The notes under the pieces were generated by a model. The model saw only the letters and a program-made list of their open reading frames with translations, ran no database searches and was not told the origin of the DNA. Both the position numbers and the translations under genes were made by a program. Shown here piece by piece: positions 7,815-16,223 of a DNA stretch of 20,678 bases (position 1 is the stretch's first letter; each line of letters opens with the position of its first letter). Source of the stretch: a bacterium (GTDB lineage: Bacteria; RBG-13-61-14; DATKZS01); contig JAWOBU010000059.1 in assembly GCA_046484135.1 (NCBI GenBank), positions 1-20,678 on the forward strand, written 5' to 3'.

Positions 7815-9923
7815 CTATTTATCGCCGCCCATCCTGATGCTCATCCATCCCAGCATCAGCACGTCTACCCCCGCGATGCCGGCGAGCAAGAAGAAGTTGA
7901 TCCAGTCGGGCCGGGTTATAAACTCCCGCAGTCGGTCTCCGAGTGCGGAAAAGAGCAGGACCAGCGGCACCATTCCGATCACGGTCCCGGCAAAGTAGTG
8001 TTTGAACCGGAGTCCGTTCGCGCCCGCCACCAGGTTGAACACGGAAAAAGGCGCCAGAAGCGACACCCGGCCGGCCACAACCTCGATGGTGGTGTTTCCG
8101 GCGATCCGGCGGGTCAGCCGGTTCAGTCTCCAGCCTCCCAGCCACCGCACGGTGTTCCGGTTTATGCGGCTGCCCGCGGCGTAGTAAACCGTTGCACAGA
8201 GCAGTATCCCCGACAGGGAGAAAACCGCTCCCCGGATAAACCCGAAAGCCAGCGCCGTGAGAAGGATAAGCAGGGTCGCCGGCACCATGACCCCGCTTCC
8301 GACCAGATAGGCGGCAAGCACGACCGGGAAAACCATGAGCACCTGCTCGACGGAAAGCTCTTTATCCAGTAAGCCGCTTTCTAAAACCCATTCCTTAAGT
8401 GGAGTGAGATACCAGAGCGCGCCGATTGCGGCGAGCATGAAAACCGCCGCGGTCCCTTGAAGCCAGCGGGGCCTCGGAGGCGGCGCTTCTTCCGGAGGAG
8501 TGAAATCCTCCATCACCTTCTCCATGTCCACCGAGCTCTCCGGGTCTATAATGGACTCCTCCGGGATCAGGTCCAGGAGCCAATCCGAAGACAGGTCCTC
8601 CAACTCCTTCAATGTCCGGTTCCTTCCCCGCAGCTTTCGGATGACGGAAAGCAATGAGCCTTCCCGGACAAGTCCCCGCTCGATCTCTTCCGGGTAAGCA
8701 GCCAGGTGCTCGGCCAATAGCCGGTATAAAAAGCCTCGCATTCCCTGTTTTATCTTTTCGTCCTCGCCCGCTTCTATAAACAGGTCCAGCTCGGTGTCGA
8801 GCCCCATGGAACGGTTGCTTAAATTGGCCGACCCCGCCCTCACGTTTTCGCCGTCCGTTATCATCACCTTGCTGTGTACCAGGATGCCTGCCTCGTGGCC
8901 GTTCCCGGCTGTCGGCCGGAACACCCCGAGCCTGCCGTAATGATCGGACTGCCGCAGGGACTCGACAATCCTTGCCCGCAACACGTCCATGGTGCCGCGT
9001 TCCAGCCAGCCTCTGCTCTCGCCCGGACCGACCACCACCACCTCGGGGCCGTCCGGCTCTTCCAGCCTTTCGGACAGGGCCTCGCCCGCCACCGCAGAGG
9101 TGAAGTACTGGTTCTCGATGTAGATGTACTTGCGGGCGGAACAGATGGCGTCCAGGTAGAGCTGTTCGACTTCCCGGACCTCGCCTTCCTCGTTCTCCGG
9201 GTCGGTCCGGGCCATGGAGACCTCTGCGTTGTAAAGGTCGGGAGTAAGGTCCGGCGGCCAGGGGTCCAGCACAGCCTCTTCGGCGGGCAAGGACTTCCCG
9301 GTGGCCCGCTTCCACCTTTGGCGGGCCAGCTCCGCCAAAGCCCGGGCCGCGTCTCCGTCCACCGCCATCTGCACGTCGTGCTGCGGCGGATACGGCTGGT
9401 TGTGCACGTCCTTGCGACGCGGATCGTCAGGCAAGTGATCGGAGGTGTCCCACCTCTTGTCCGTAAGGTCAATACCGCCGCAGAAGGCCAGGGAGTCGTC
9501 TATCACTACCAGCTTCTGGTGATGGGAAGCGCCCACCGGATGAGTATCGTCGTAATGGAACCGCACCCGGCGGGGAGTGCGCCACCCCAGCCGGAAAACC
9601 GGCATAAGCTCCCGCTGGAGAGCATAGATCATGGCCCAGTCCCACACCAGGATGCGGGCGTAGAGCGACCGGCGGCGCTTCACCAGCTCGTTTATAAAAC
9701 CTCCCAGCCGGTTGGGGAGACCGTCCCGGTACTCGCCCCGGCGGAGCAGTATCCGCGAGTCCAGGTCCCAGCCGATAATATAGACCGAGCGCCACGCCCG
9801 CTTCAGGGCCTCGGACAAGTGCCGGAAGTAATCGTCCGCGTCCACGATAAAGGCCACCCGGTCGGCGCGGGCGCGAACGAAGCAGTTCTCGCCCGGCCGG
9901 GATATGTGTTGATCGCCTTTCAT
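7815..9923 (-). CDS. Phospholipase D superfamily protein fused to a VTT/DedA-like membrane domain
   Basis: Two HKD motifs (HQKLVVID, HSKVMITD), IYIENQYF, GSANLSNRSMGLDTE. Multi-TM C-terminus with P...L and R....APFSVFNLVAG features of VTT domains. Confidence 0.9.
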   Translation of the reverse strand: MKGDQHISRPGENCFVRARADRVAFIVDADDYFRHLSEALKRAWRSVYIIGWDLDSRILLRRGEYRDGLPNRLGGFINELVKRRRSLYARILVWDWAMIYALQRELMPVFRLGWRTPRRVRFHYDDTHPVGASHHQKLVVIDDSLAFCGGIDLTDKRWDTSDHLPDDPRRKDVHNQPYPPQHDVQMAVDGDAARALAELARQRWKRATGKSLPAEEAVLDPWPPDLTPDLYNAEVSMARTDPENEEGEVREVEQLYLDAICSARKYIYIENQYFTSAVAGEALSERLEEPDGPEVVVVGPGESRGWLERGTMDVLRARIVESLRQSDHYGRLGVFRPTAGNGHEAGILVHSKVMITDGENVRAGSANLSNRSMGLDTELDLFIEAGEDEKIKQGMRGFLYRLLAEHLAAYPEEIERGLVREGSLLSVIRKLRGRNRTLKELEDLSSDWLLDLIPEESIIDPESSVDMEKVMEDFTPPEEAPPPRPRWLQGTAAVFMLAAIGALWYLTPLKEWVLESGLLDKELSVEQVLMVFPVVLAAYLVGSGVMVPATLLILLTALAFGFIRGAVFSLSGILLCATVYYAAGSRINRNTVRWLGGWRLNRLTRRIAGNTTIEVVAGRVSLLAPFSVFNLVAGANGLRFKHYFAGTVIGMVPLVLLFSALGDRLREFITRPDWINFFLLAGIAGVDVLMLGWMSIRMGGDK

Positions 9924-9975
9924 TCCGGATCCTGTTTCATCTTGCTTTTTTCTTGGGGGCTTTGCAAACCGGATG

Positions 9976-10003
9976 TTGTCTGTTTCCGTCTGAGTGCTAG
10001 ATT
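9976..10003 (+). promoter_or_regulatory. Possible extended -10 promoter of yjbQ
   Basis: TTGTCT (9976-9981), 16 nt, TAGATT (9998-10003), preceded by TGn. Confidence 0.35.
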
Positions 10004-10077
10004 AGTTTATAAAGACATGATCGTAAAAATACTTGAAAGAAGACCTTGGGAAAGGACCATCCCTGAAGGAGGAGAAC

Positions 10078-10479
10078 ATGATAACCGAGAGCGTAAAGAC
10101 CGGCAGCAGGAAGGACATGATTGACGTTACGGGTCTCGTCAAGAAGGCGGTATCGGAGGCCGGGGTTTCGGATGGAGTGGCGGTTGCCTACGTTCCGCAT
10201 ACCACGGCCGGGATCACCATAAACGAGAACGCCGACCCTGCCGTGGTCCGCGACATCCTGGACCACTTGAAGAAGCTGGTCCCGGAGAGCGGCAAGTACA
10301 AGCACGCCGAGGGTAACGCCGACTCCCACATCCAGGCGAGTCTCATGGGCAGTTCGGTCAACGTGATCATCAAGGGAGGCCGGCTGGTCCTGGGCACCTG
10401 GCAGTCGGTGTTCTTCTGCGAGTTCGACGGTCCGCGCGCAAGGGAGCTCAACATCGAGATCATCCCTGAAAGCCGCTGA
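10078..10479 (+). CDS. yjbQ: YjbQ / UPF0047 family protein (secondary thiamine-phosphate synthase-like)
   Basis: HTTAGITINENADP, YKH.EGNADSHI, LGTWQSVFFCEFDGPR motifs. Start placed at ATG 10078 after an AAGGAGGAG RBS. Confidence 0.93.
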   Translation: MITESVKTGSRKDMIDVTGLVKKAVSEAGVSDGVAVAYVPHTTAGITINENADPAVVRDILDHLKKLVPESGKYKHAEGNADSHIQASLMGSSVNVIIKGGRLVLGTWQSVFFCEFDGPRARELNIEIIPESR

Positions 10480-10496
10480 GCCGCCATGTTTATTCA

Positions 10497-10754
10497 GTCC
10501 AAAATATAAGACAGAGGCAAACAATTGTATCACGCAGAGACGCCAAGACGCAGAGAAGGAGGGATTTCTTTTGAATTTAAAAGGAAAAGACAAGACCAAA
10601 GTAGTGGTCCGGCGAAGCCGGGCTTTTCCGGAATCAAGGTCCCTTGAAAAGCGCCACCGGCAGACGCTTTCCATAACGTATCGCAACGGCGCAAGTTTCT
10701 TTGTCTTGCCTTTGCGGCTTGCGCCTTTGCGTGAAATAAAAATCTGTTTTGGAC
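10497..10754. repeat. Nested inverted-repeat (REPIN/MITE-like) intergenic element
   Basis: Outer IR GTCCAAAA (10497-10504) / TTTTGGAC (10747-10754). Inner imperfect IR TCACGCAGAGACGCCAAGACGCAGAG (10530-10555) / CTTTGCGGCTTGCGCCTTTGCGTGA (10710-10734). Central hairpin GTCCGGC-GAA-GCCGGGC (10607-10623). Confidence 0.6.
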
Positions 10755-10804
10755 AAGAGTGATGTTTATTCTAGTGTCTTATCAATCTTGAAATGAAGGC
10801 TGCT

Positions 10805-10826
10805 GTGCGAGCGACGAGAGCCGCGA
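10805..10826. repeat. REP-like palindromic repeat, copy 1
   Basis: GTGCGAGCGACGAGAGCCGCGA, related to the copies at 14606 and 17086. Confidence 0.6.
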
Positions 10827-10850
10827 TTGAAGCGCCGGGAGCTACGAGAA

Positions 10851-11210
10851 ATGAAAGAACGCGATTCCATAAAAGCGCTGGTGTGCCGGCCCCACTGCCG
10901 GTTCTACCGGCCGGGGGAAAAGGAGGAGCTTTCTTGTTACGCCTACGACTTTATCTCGGAAAGGCTTGGTGACAAGAGGGCGGCGGAGCTTGCCGGGCTT
11001 TTCGACGGGGAAGTACCGCCCGAGCGGTTCGAGCCCGACCCGCGGCTTGAGGCCCGGCTTTGCTCGCACTGTGAGTTCCGGGCGGAGGACTGCGACTTCA
11101 TGAGCGGGGAAGACCTTCCGGACGCGGTCCCCTGCGGCGGCTACGTGTGCTGGGTGCGGCTGTTGGAAGAAGGAGTGCCGGAAGCGCGGGAGTGGCTTAA
11201 TGAAGAGTGA
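10851..11210 (+). CDS. Cys-rich hypothetical protein (8 Cys, probable metal/Fe-S binding)
   Basis: 119 aa from ATG 10851 (GGGAG upstream; TTG 10827 is an alternative start). Cys spacing Cx3C-x12-C...Cx2C-x6-C-x13-C-x4-C. Overlaps the next gene by 11 nt. Confidence 0.75.
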   Translation: MKERDSIKALVCRPHCRFYRPGEKEELSCYAYDFISERLGDKRAAELAGLFDGEVPPERFEPDPRLEARLCSHCEFRAEDCDFMSGEDLPDAVPCGGYVCWVRLLEEGVPEAREWLNEE

Positions 11211-12351
11211 GCGGTATATTCGGTTTACCCCCTTTGTTTCCTTTCGGGGCATCCCGGAGCCCCATCTTTTTAACATAGTCTCGGACGAGCTTTACGCGCT
11301 CGACGAGGACGGCCGGCGGTTTGTAAAAGAGGTCGAGGATGGCACCCCTGAAGAGGACATCACCGACCGCGAGATACTCGAGTTCGCGCTTTCCGAGGGT
11401 CTGGTGGAACGGTCCTCGTCTCCTGCAAGCGCTCCTCTTCAAAAGGGACAATCGCCGGTTCCTTCCCTTCGTTACCTCGAGCTTCTGCTTACCATGCGCT
11501 GCAACTTGAGATGCCGCCACTGCTACCAGGGCGGGCCGGAGGAGAGCGACATGGACCCGGAAACGCTCGATCTTGTCCTGTCCGAGTTCGACGACATACA
11601 GGGTCTCCGGCTTCTTATCTCCGGCGGCGAGCCGCTCATGTACCCGCACTTGGACAGGCTCTGCGAGCTTCTTCAAAACAGGGGCTACCGGTCGGTGCTT
11701 TTAACGAACGGGGTGGCTCTTTCGCGTTCCCTGCTCGCGGACGCTCCTTTCCACGAGGTCCAGGTGTCCCTTGACGGCCTGGATAAGGGACACGACTGGC
11801 TGCGGGGCGCCGGGACCTTTCAGAAAGCGGTGGCTTCCGCCCGGCAGGCGGTTGATGCCGGCCTGGACCTTTCCGTGGCTTCCATGGTCCATCCGGAGAA
11901 CCTGGAGGAAATGGACGGCCTGGAGGACCTGGTGCGCGAGCTGGGGGCGCTGGAGTGGAGCATCGAGGTCCCCACGGAAGCGGGAAGATGGCAAGACCGC
12001 CCCGAGCTTCTGGAAAAGGCGCCCTCCCACCTGGCGCGCGGCTTCGGCGGATCATATCACGGCTCTGCGGAGGGGTTCGCCTGCGGCCACCACCTGGCCG
12101 CTATCACGCCGGAGGGGCGGCTTTTAAAGTGCGGCTTTTACGAAGACCGGCCGCTCGGGCACGTAAGCGAGGGTCTCCGGGAGGTCTGGTCCCGAAAGCC
12201 GGTCTTGAAGGTGGCTGATATCCGTGTCTGCCGCGATTGCGAGTACGCCGGGGAGTGCGGAGGCGGCTGCCGTTTCCGGGCGGGAGAAGGCCCGGACCCG
12301 GTGATGTGCGCGGCCTACGGCTTTCCGCAGGGGAGGTCTTTCCCGGCTTGA
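11200..12351 (+). CDS. Radical SAM/SPASM domain protein with N-terminal RRE/winged-helix-like extension
   Basis: CNLRCRHC (CxxxCxxC), SGGEP, LTNG, VSLDG. Seven-Cys SPASM C-x15-C...CxxC-x5-C-x3-C-x12-C. Confidence 0.92.
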   Translation: MKSERYIRFTPFVSFRGIPEPHLFNIVSDELYALDEDGRRFVKEVEDGTPEEDITDREILEFALSEGLVERSSSPASAPLQKGQSPVPSLRYLELLLTMRCNLRCRHCYQGGPEESDMDPETLDLVLSEFDDIQGLRLLISGGEPLMYPHLDRLCELLQNRGYRSVLLTNGVALSRSLLADAPFHEVQVSLDGLDKGHDWLRGAGTFQKAVASARQAVDAGLDLSVASMVHPENLEEMDGLEDLVRELGALEWSIEVPTEAGRWQDRPELLEKAPSHLARGFGGSYHGSAEGFACGHHLAAITPEGRLLKCGFYEDRPLGHVSEGLREVWSRKPVLKVADIRVCRDCEYAGECGGGCRFRAGEGPDPVMCAAYGFPQGRSFPA

Positions 12352-12376
12352 AAAGCGTTCGGTTTCGTTTTATAAA
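12348..12376 (+). promoter_or_regulatory. Putative sigma70 promoter for the 12418 gene and the CocE gene
   Basis: TTGAAA (12348-12353), 17 nt, TATAAA (12371-12376). Confidence 0.55.
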
Positions 12377-12417
12377 GGCTTTGAGGGGGGAGAGCTTTTA
12401 CAAGGAGGTCATGATTT

Positions 12418-12756
12418 TTGGCTGGTAATAAAGAGCCTTTTTTAAAGAGACAAAACTGGTTTCTGTCCGCGGGACTGACGTTTTTTATTTACATCCTGTT
12501 GATTGTAATCACCCGTTACGCACCGGCTGAAGCCCGGGAAGGCATACTTAAGCTGATCCATGTCATACCGTTGCTGGCCGTTTTTATGATAGTGATAGGG
12601 TTCGCCGAGAAGAAACGCAAAGAGGATTGGGACCGGGAGCGGAAAAGAAAAAGATACGAGACCACCATGCGGCTCAGCAAGATGAAAAAGCGCAAATCGA
12701 GCGGCAGCGCCTCTCCCCCGGGCGGCGGCCAAGAAAAAAAACCTTCCGACAAATAA
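12418..12756 (+). CDS. Small two-TM membrane protein with basic C-terminal tail
   Basis: AAGGAGG RBS 9 nt before a TTG start. Two hydrophobic segments, then a Lys/Arg-rich tail. Fills the gap before the CocE gene. Confidence 0.7.
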   Translation: MAGNKEPFLKRQNWFLSAGLTFFIYILLIVITRYAPAEAREGILKLIHVIPLLAVFMIVIGFAEKKRKEDWDRERKRKRYETTMRLSKMKKRKSSGSASPPGGGQEKKPSDK

Positions 12757-12774
12757 GCCGGCAAAGGAGGAACA

Positions 12775-14580
12775 ATGGAGCTTCCTTTCGTTTCCGCCAC
12801 GTGGAGAAAAATCCTCCGGGTGTTTCTCGTGGTTCTGCTCGCCCTGGCCGCGGCCGGCTGCGTCAGGATGGCGGCCTCCGTGCTGGGCGTGGACCCGGGC
12901 TCGCCCGCCTTAATGGAGACCAGGAAGAACGTCATGATCCCCATGAGCGACGGCACCCGGCTCGCCACCGACGTATACTTGCCCGCAGACGGCCCGCCCG
13001 CGCCCGTCGTCCTGACCCGGATACCCTACGGGACTGATACGGTGGTGTACCAGAAGCTGGCCAAGCTCTTTGTAAGGAACGGATACGTGTTTGTGGCCCA
13101 GGACACCCGGGGGACCTTTGACTCGGAGGGACGCTGGTTTCCTTTCATCTTCGAGTACGAAGACGGCCATGACACGGTGGAATGGGTGAACGAGCAGCAG
13201 TGGTCCAACGGCAGGATCGGGATGTGGGGAGGAAGCTACTTCGGCTATACCCAGCTTGCCGCGGCACCCCGAAACCCGCACCTCGACTGCATGGTCCCCA
13301 TGATAACCACCGGCAACATGGGGAAGATACTCTACCGCGGAGGCGCGCTCGAGCACTTGACCGTGCAGGGATGGCTCGCCGGCATGAAGAACGCCCGCTA
13401 CAAAAAGGAAGGCAGTGACAAGCGGGTGGAGGCTGAGTTAAAGCCAGGCTTTTACAACGCGCCGCTCCGGAGCGCGGAGCCCATCCTTTACGAGAAGATG
13501 AAAACAAGCGAAAAGATGCTGGACAAAGGCCCCGAGGCCTGGATCGGCCATCCCGGAGATATAAAGGACCTTCCTCCCTTGAACTATGGAGACAGCTACG
13601 AAAAGGTGAACGCTCCGTCTCTGCTTATAGCCGGCTGGTACGACCTGTTCCTCGGGCCGCAGCTTTCTGACTATGAGAGGTTCCGCTCGGAAGGGCAGGG
13701 CCGGGCCCGCAAGACCCGCATTATCATAGGGCCGTGGTCGCACGGCGGGATCGCTTCCGACATGGAGAGATATCCCCTGGAAAGCGTGAAGGTCCTGGGT
13801 TCCTCTTTCATGGAGTGGTACGACTACTGGCTCAAGGGCGAAGATAATGGCGCCGGGGAGGGACCTCTGGTCAAGATTTTCGTAATGGGCGAGAACAAGT
13901 GGAGGAACGAAAAGCATTGGCCCCTTAAGAGGACGGAGTACACCGACTTCTATCTTACAGGCAGCGGAGCGGCAGGCGAGAAGCCGGGCGGCCTGGTCCG
14001 TGAAAAGCCGGGAGAGGCGCCGCCGGACCAATACGATTATGACCCGCGCGAGCCGGTGCCCACCCGGGGCGGCAACTTTCTGGGAGACGGTCCTTACGAG
14101 CCCGGCCCGCAGGACCAGGGCGACATCCCCTCGCGGCCCGATGTGCTGGTGTACGAGACCGGGCCCCTGCCGGCGCCGGTCGAGGTCACCGGCCCGGTCC
14201 GGCTGGTCCTGTACGCCGCATCCAGCGCCCGGGACACGGACTGGATCGCCAAGCTGGTGGACATAGACGAAGAAGGGGAGGCCCGGCTTTTACAGGAGGG
14301 CATTGTCCGGGCCCGTTACCGGAACAGCTTTACGGACCCGTCCCTGATTCGGCCCGGCCAGGTTTACCAGTACAACATTGACATGTGGGCCACCTCCAAT
14401 CTTTTCAAGGAAGGGCACCGCATCGGCTTGTGGATCATGTCCTCGGACTTTCCTCAATTCGACCGGAACACCAACGCCGGAGGCAAGGGCCCGTCCCGCA
14501 ACCCGGTGGTCGCCACCCAGACCGTGTTCCACGACCGGCAAAGGCCCTCCCACCTGGTCCTGCCGGTCATTCCCAGGTAG
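12775..14580 (+). CDS. CocE/NonD family serine hydrolase (peptidase S15-like), probable lipoprotein
   Basis: IPMSDGTRLATDVYLP, QDTRG..DSEG, GGSYFG (nucleophile), GWYD, GPWSH, SDFPQFDRN. Signal peptide ends in the lipobox-like AAGC. AAGGAGG RBS. Confidence 0.93.
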   Translation: MELPFVSATWRKILRVFLVVLLALAAAGCVRMAASVLGVDPGSPALMETRKNVMIPMSDGTRLATDVYLPADGPPAPVVLTRIPYGTDTVVYQKLAKLFVRNGYVFVAQDTRGTFDSEGRWFPFIFEYEDGHDTVEWVNEQQWSNGRIGMWGGSYFGYTQLAAAPRNPHLDCMVPMITTGNMGKILYRGGALEHLTVQGWLAGMKNARYKKEGSDKRVEAELKPGFYNAPLRSAEPILYEKMKTSEKMLDKGPEAWIGHPGDIKDLPPLNYGDSYEKVNAPSLLIAGWYDLFLGPQLSDYERFRSEGQGRARKTRIIIGPWSHGGIASDMERYPLESVKVLGSSFMEWYDYWLKGEDNGAGEGPLVKIFVMGENKWRNEKHWPLKRTEYTDFYLTGSGAAGEKPGGLVREKPGEAPPDQYDYDPREPVPTRGGNFLGDGPYEPGPQDQGDIPSRPDVLVYETGPLPAPVEVTGPVRLVLYAASSARDTDWIAKLVDIDEEGEARLLQEGIVRARYRNSFTDPSLIRPGQVYQYNIDMWATSNLFKEGHRIGLWIMSSDFPQFDRNTNAGGKGPSRNPVVATQTVFHDRQRPSHLVLPVIPR

Positions 14581-14605
14581 TGCTATGTCAATTACTCGAT
14601 GAGGT

Positions 14606-14627
14606 GTGCGAGCGACTTTAGTCGCGA
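14606..14627. repeat. REP-like palindromic repeat, copy 2 (best conserved)
   Basis: GTGCGA-GCGAC-TTTA-GTCGC-GA, located between convergent genes. Confidence 0.7.
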
Positions 14628-14643
14628 GTGGAAAGGAGCGGCT

Positions 14644-16188
14644 TTATTCCCGGGCGGTGCTGAGGGTTGCTCCTCCCTTCCCGTACTTCCAGCGAAGCTT
14701 TAAAGCCCGCATGGTCCGGAGGAACAGGAACTTGACAAAGGAAGGCCGGTGGCGGAGGTACTTGTAGTATCTCCGTCCCACCAGGAAAGGCGAGTAGAAG
14801 ATGGCGAAGTAGTTCCGCAGCCACTCCCATCTTATGAGGCTTTCCAGCTCCTCCGCGGTCCACTCCTCCGAGTCTATAACCGACGAGAAGTACTGGTTGC
14901 CTTCCTCGAAAAAGCTCTCCTCGGTGATGTAGCCCCGTCGCAGGCATTCCCGGAAAAGCTCGGAGCCGGGAAGAGGATTAAAGATAAATAACACACAGCT
15001 TTCCAGTTTCAGTTCCCGGGAGAACCGCACGGTGTCCATGATCTGCTCTTTGGTCTCGCCCGGAAAGCCGATGATAAAATAAGCTGCGCGGGAGATCCCG
15101 TAGTCGCGGGCCAGCCTGTTGATCTCCCTTACCTTGTCCAGCTTGAGCGGTTTCTTGATCAGGCTGGAGAGGACCTCCTGGTTGCCGCTTTCGATGGCCA
15201 TGGTCATCTCGTAACAGCCCGACTCCTTCATGAGCCGGATGGTCTCCTCGTCCAGGGTCCAGGTGGCGATTCCGTTGGGTGTGTTCCAGATGAGCTTATA
15301 AGGCCTCTCGATCATGCCTTTGAAGATTTCCTGGGCCCGGTCTTTAAGGATGGTCAGGTTGTCGTCCTGGAACTTGATCTCTTTGACCCCGAAGGTTTCA
15401 TGGAGCCAGTCCAGCTCTTTAAGCACGTTTTCCGCGGACCTGGTGCGGTGCTTGTTCCCCCAGAAATGGGTGCTGGAGCAGAAGGTGCACCGGCAGGGGC
15501 AGCCGCGGGTGGTGACCACCGGCACGTTGCGCGGGCTTATAAAGGTATAGCCCATGGGCAAGACGGTCTTGAAGTACTTCTCCGGGTCCAGAAGATCGTG
15601 GGCGGGAAAGGGCAGGGCGTCCAGGTCGTCAATGTAGCCGGTCTTGGGATTTTCACGGACCCCGTCGGCATCGCGGTACACAATGCCGTCCACCTCGCCG
15701 ACCGGCTCTTCGTTCCGGAGCTTGTCCACCAGATCGAGAAAGGAATGCTCGGACTCTCCCTTTATGATGAAGTCCAGCGGAGCGTCATTCATGCACAGCC
15801 GCGCCATGAAGGTGGGATGCGCTCCGCCGCTCATTACTATTATGTCCGGGTCCATGGCTTTGAGCCGCATGGTGAGCTCCCTGACCGCGGGCCACTGGTT
15901 GGAGAAGATGCAGGAGAGGCCCACCACCTGGGGCCGGTACTCCCGCACCCGCTCTATGATCTGGTTATAGGTAAGTCCGAACCTGGAGATGTACTCGTTG
16001 ACCTCGGTCTCCCGGTAGGGTGCTTCCACTACCGTGTCCAGGCAGCGGACATCGTACCCTGCTTCCCTGGTGGCGGCCCCCAGGTAAGCTATGCCCATGG
16101 GGGTCGCAACCATGGGCTCCCAGCTTGCCAGGGAGGTGCTGGGAGGAAAGATAAACATGATCCGTTCTATATGAGGGTTATAAGTCAT
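14644..16188 (-). CDS. Cobalamin-binding radical SAM protein (class B methylase / BchE-like superfamily)
   Basis: N-terminal B12-binding domain (PMGIAYLGA, VVGLS, GGAHPT, GESE). TRGCPCRCTFC, FQDDN, IESGNQ, FIIGFPGET, PLPGS. Confidence 0.92.
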   Translation of the reverse strand: MTYNPHIERIMFIFPPSTSLASWEPMVATPMGIAYLGAATREAGYDVRCLDTVVEAPYRETEVNEYISRFGLTYNQIIERVREYRPQVVGLSCIFSNQWPAVRELTMRLKAMDPDIIVMSGGAHPTFMARLCMNDAPLDFIIKGESEHSFLDLVDKLRNEEPVGEVDGIVYRDADGVRENPKTGYIDDLDALPFPAHDLLDPEKYFKTVLPMGYTFISPRNVPVVTTRGCPCRCTFCSSTHFWGNKHRTRSAENVLKELDWLHETFGVKEIKFQDDNLTILKDRAQEIFKGMIERPYKLIWNTPNGIATWTLDEETIRLMKESGCYEMTMAIESGNQEVLSSLIKKPLKLDKVREINRLARDYGISRAAYFIIGFPGETKEQIMDTVRFSRELKLESCVLFIFNPLPGSELFRECLRRGYITEESFFEEGNQYFSSVIDSEEWTAEELESLIRWEWLRNYFAIFYSPFLVGRRYYKYLRHRPSFVKFLFLRTMRALKLRWKYGKGGATLSTARE

Positions 16189-16223
16189 TCATTACTCCGG
16201 GGAACAGCTTTACAGCATACTGA

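Noticed and set aside
8874..10124. 416-aa plus-strand ORF and other long alternate-frame ORFs (e.g. 3244-3981, 8395-9315, 15400-16494, 16302-17075)
   Set aside because: They overlap well-supported genes and are Arg/Pro/Gly-rich or antisense shadows with no family motifs.
9997..10762. ORFs 9997-10686 (-) and 10571-10762 (+)
   Set aside because: One is antisense to yjbQ. Both read through the palindromic element, and peptides such as FSASWRLCV and LRLAPLRE are translations of the repeat arms.
10851..16188. A single RiPP cluster of precursor, rSAM/SPASM, membrane protein, CocE peptidase and B12-methylase
   Set aside because: A separate promoter-like sequence precedes the 12418 gene, the B12-rSAM is convergent and linked to the exonuclease, and no transporter is present. 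Only the two-gene core is supported.
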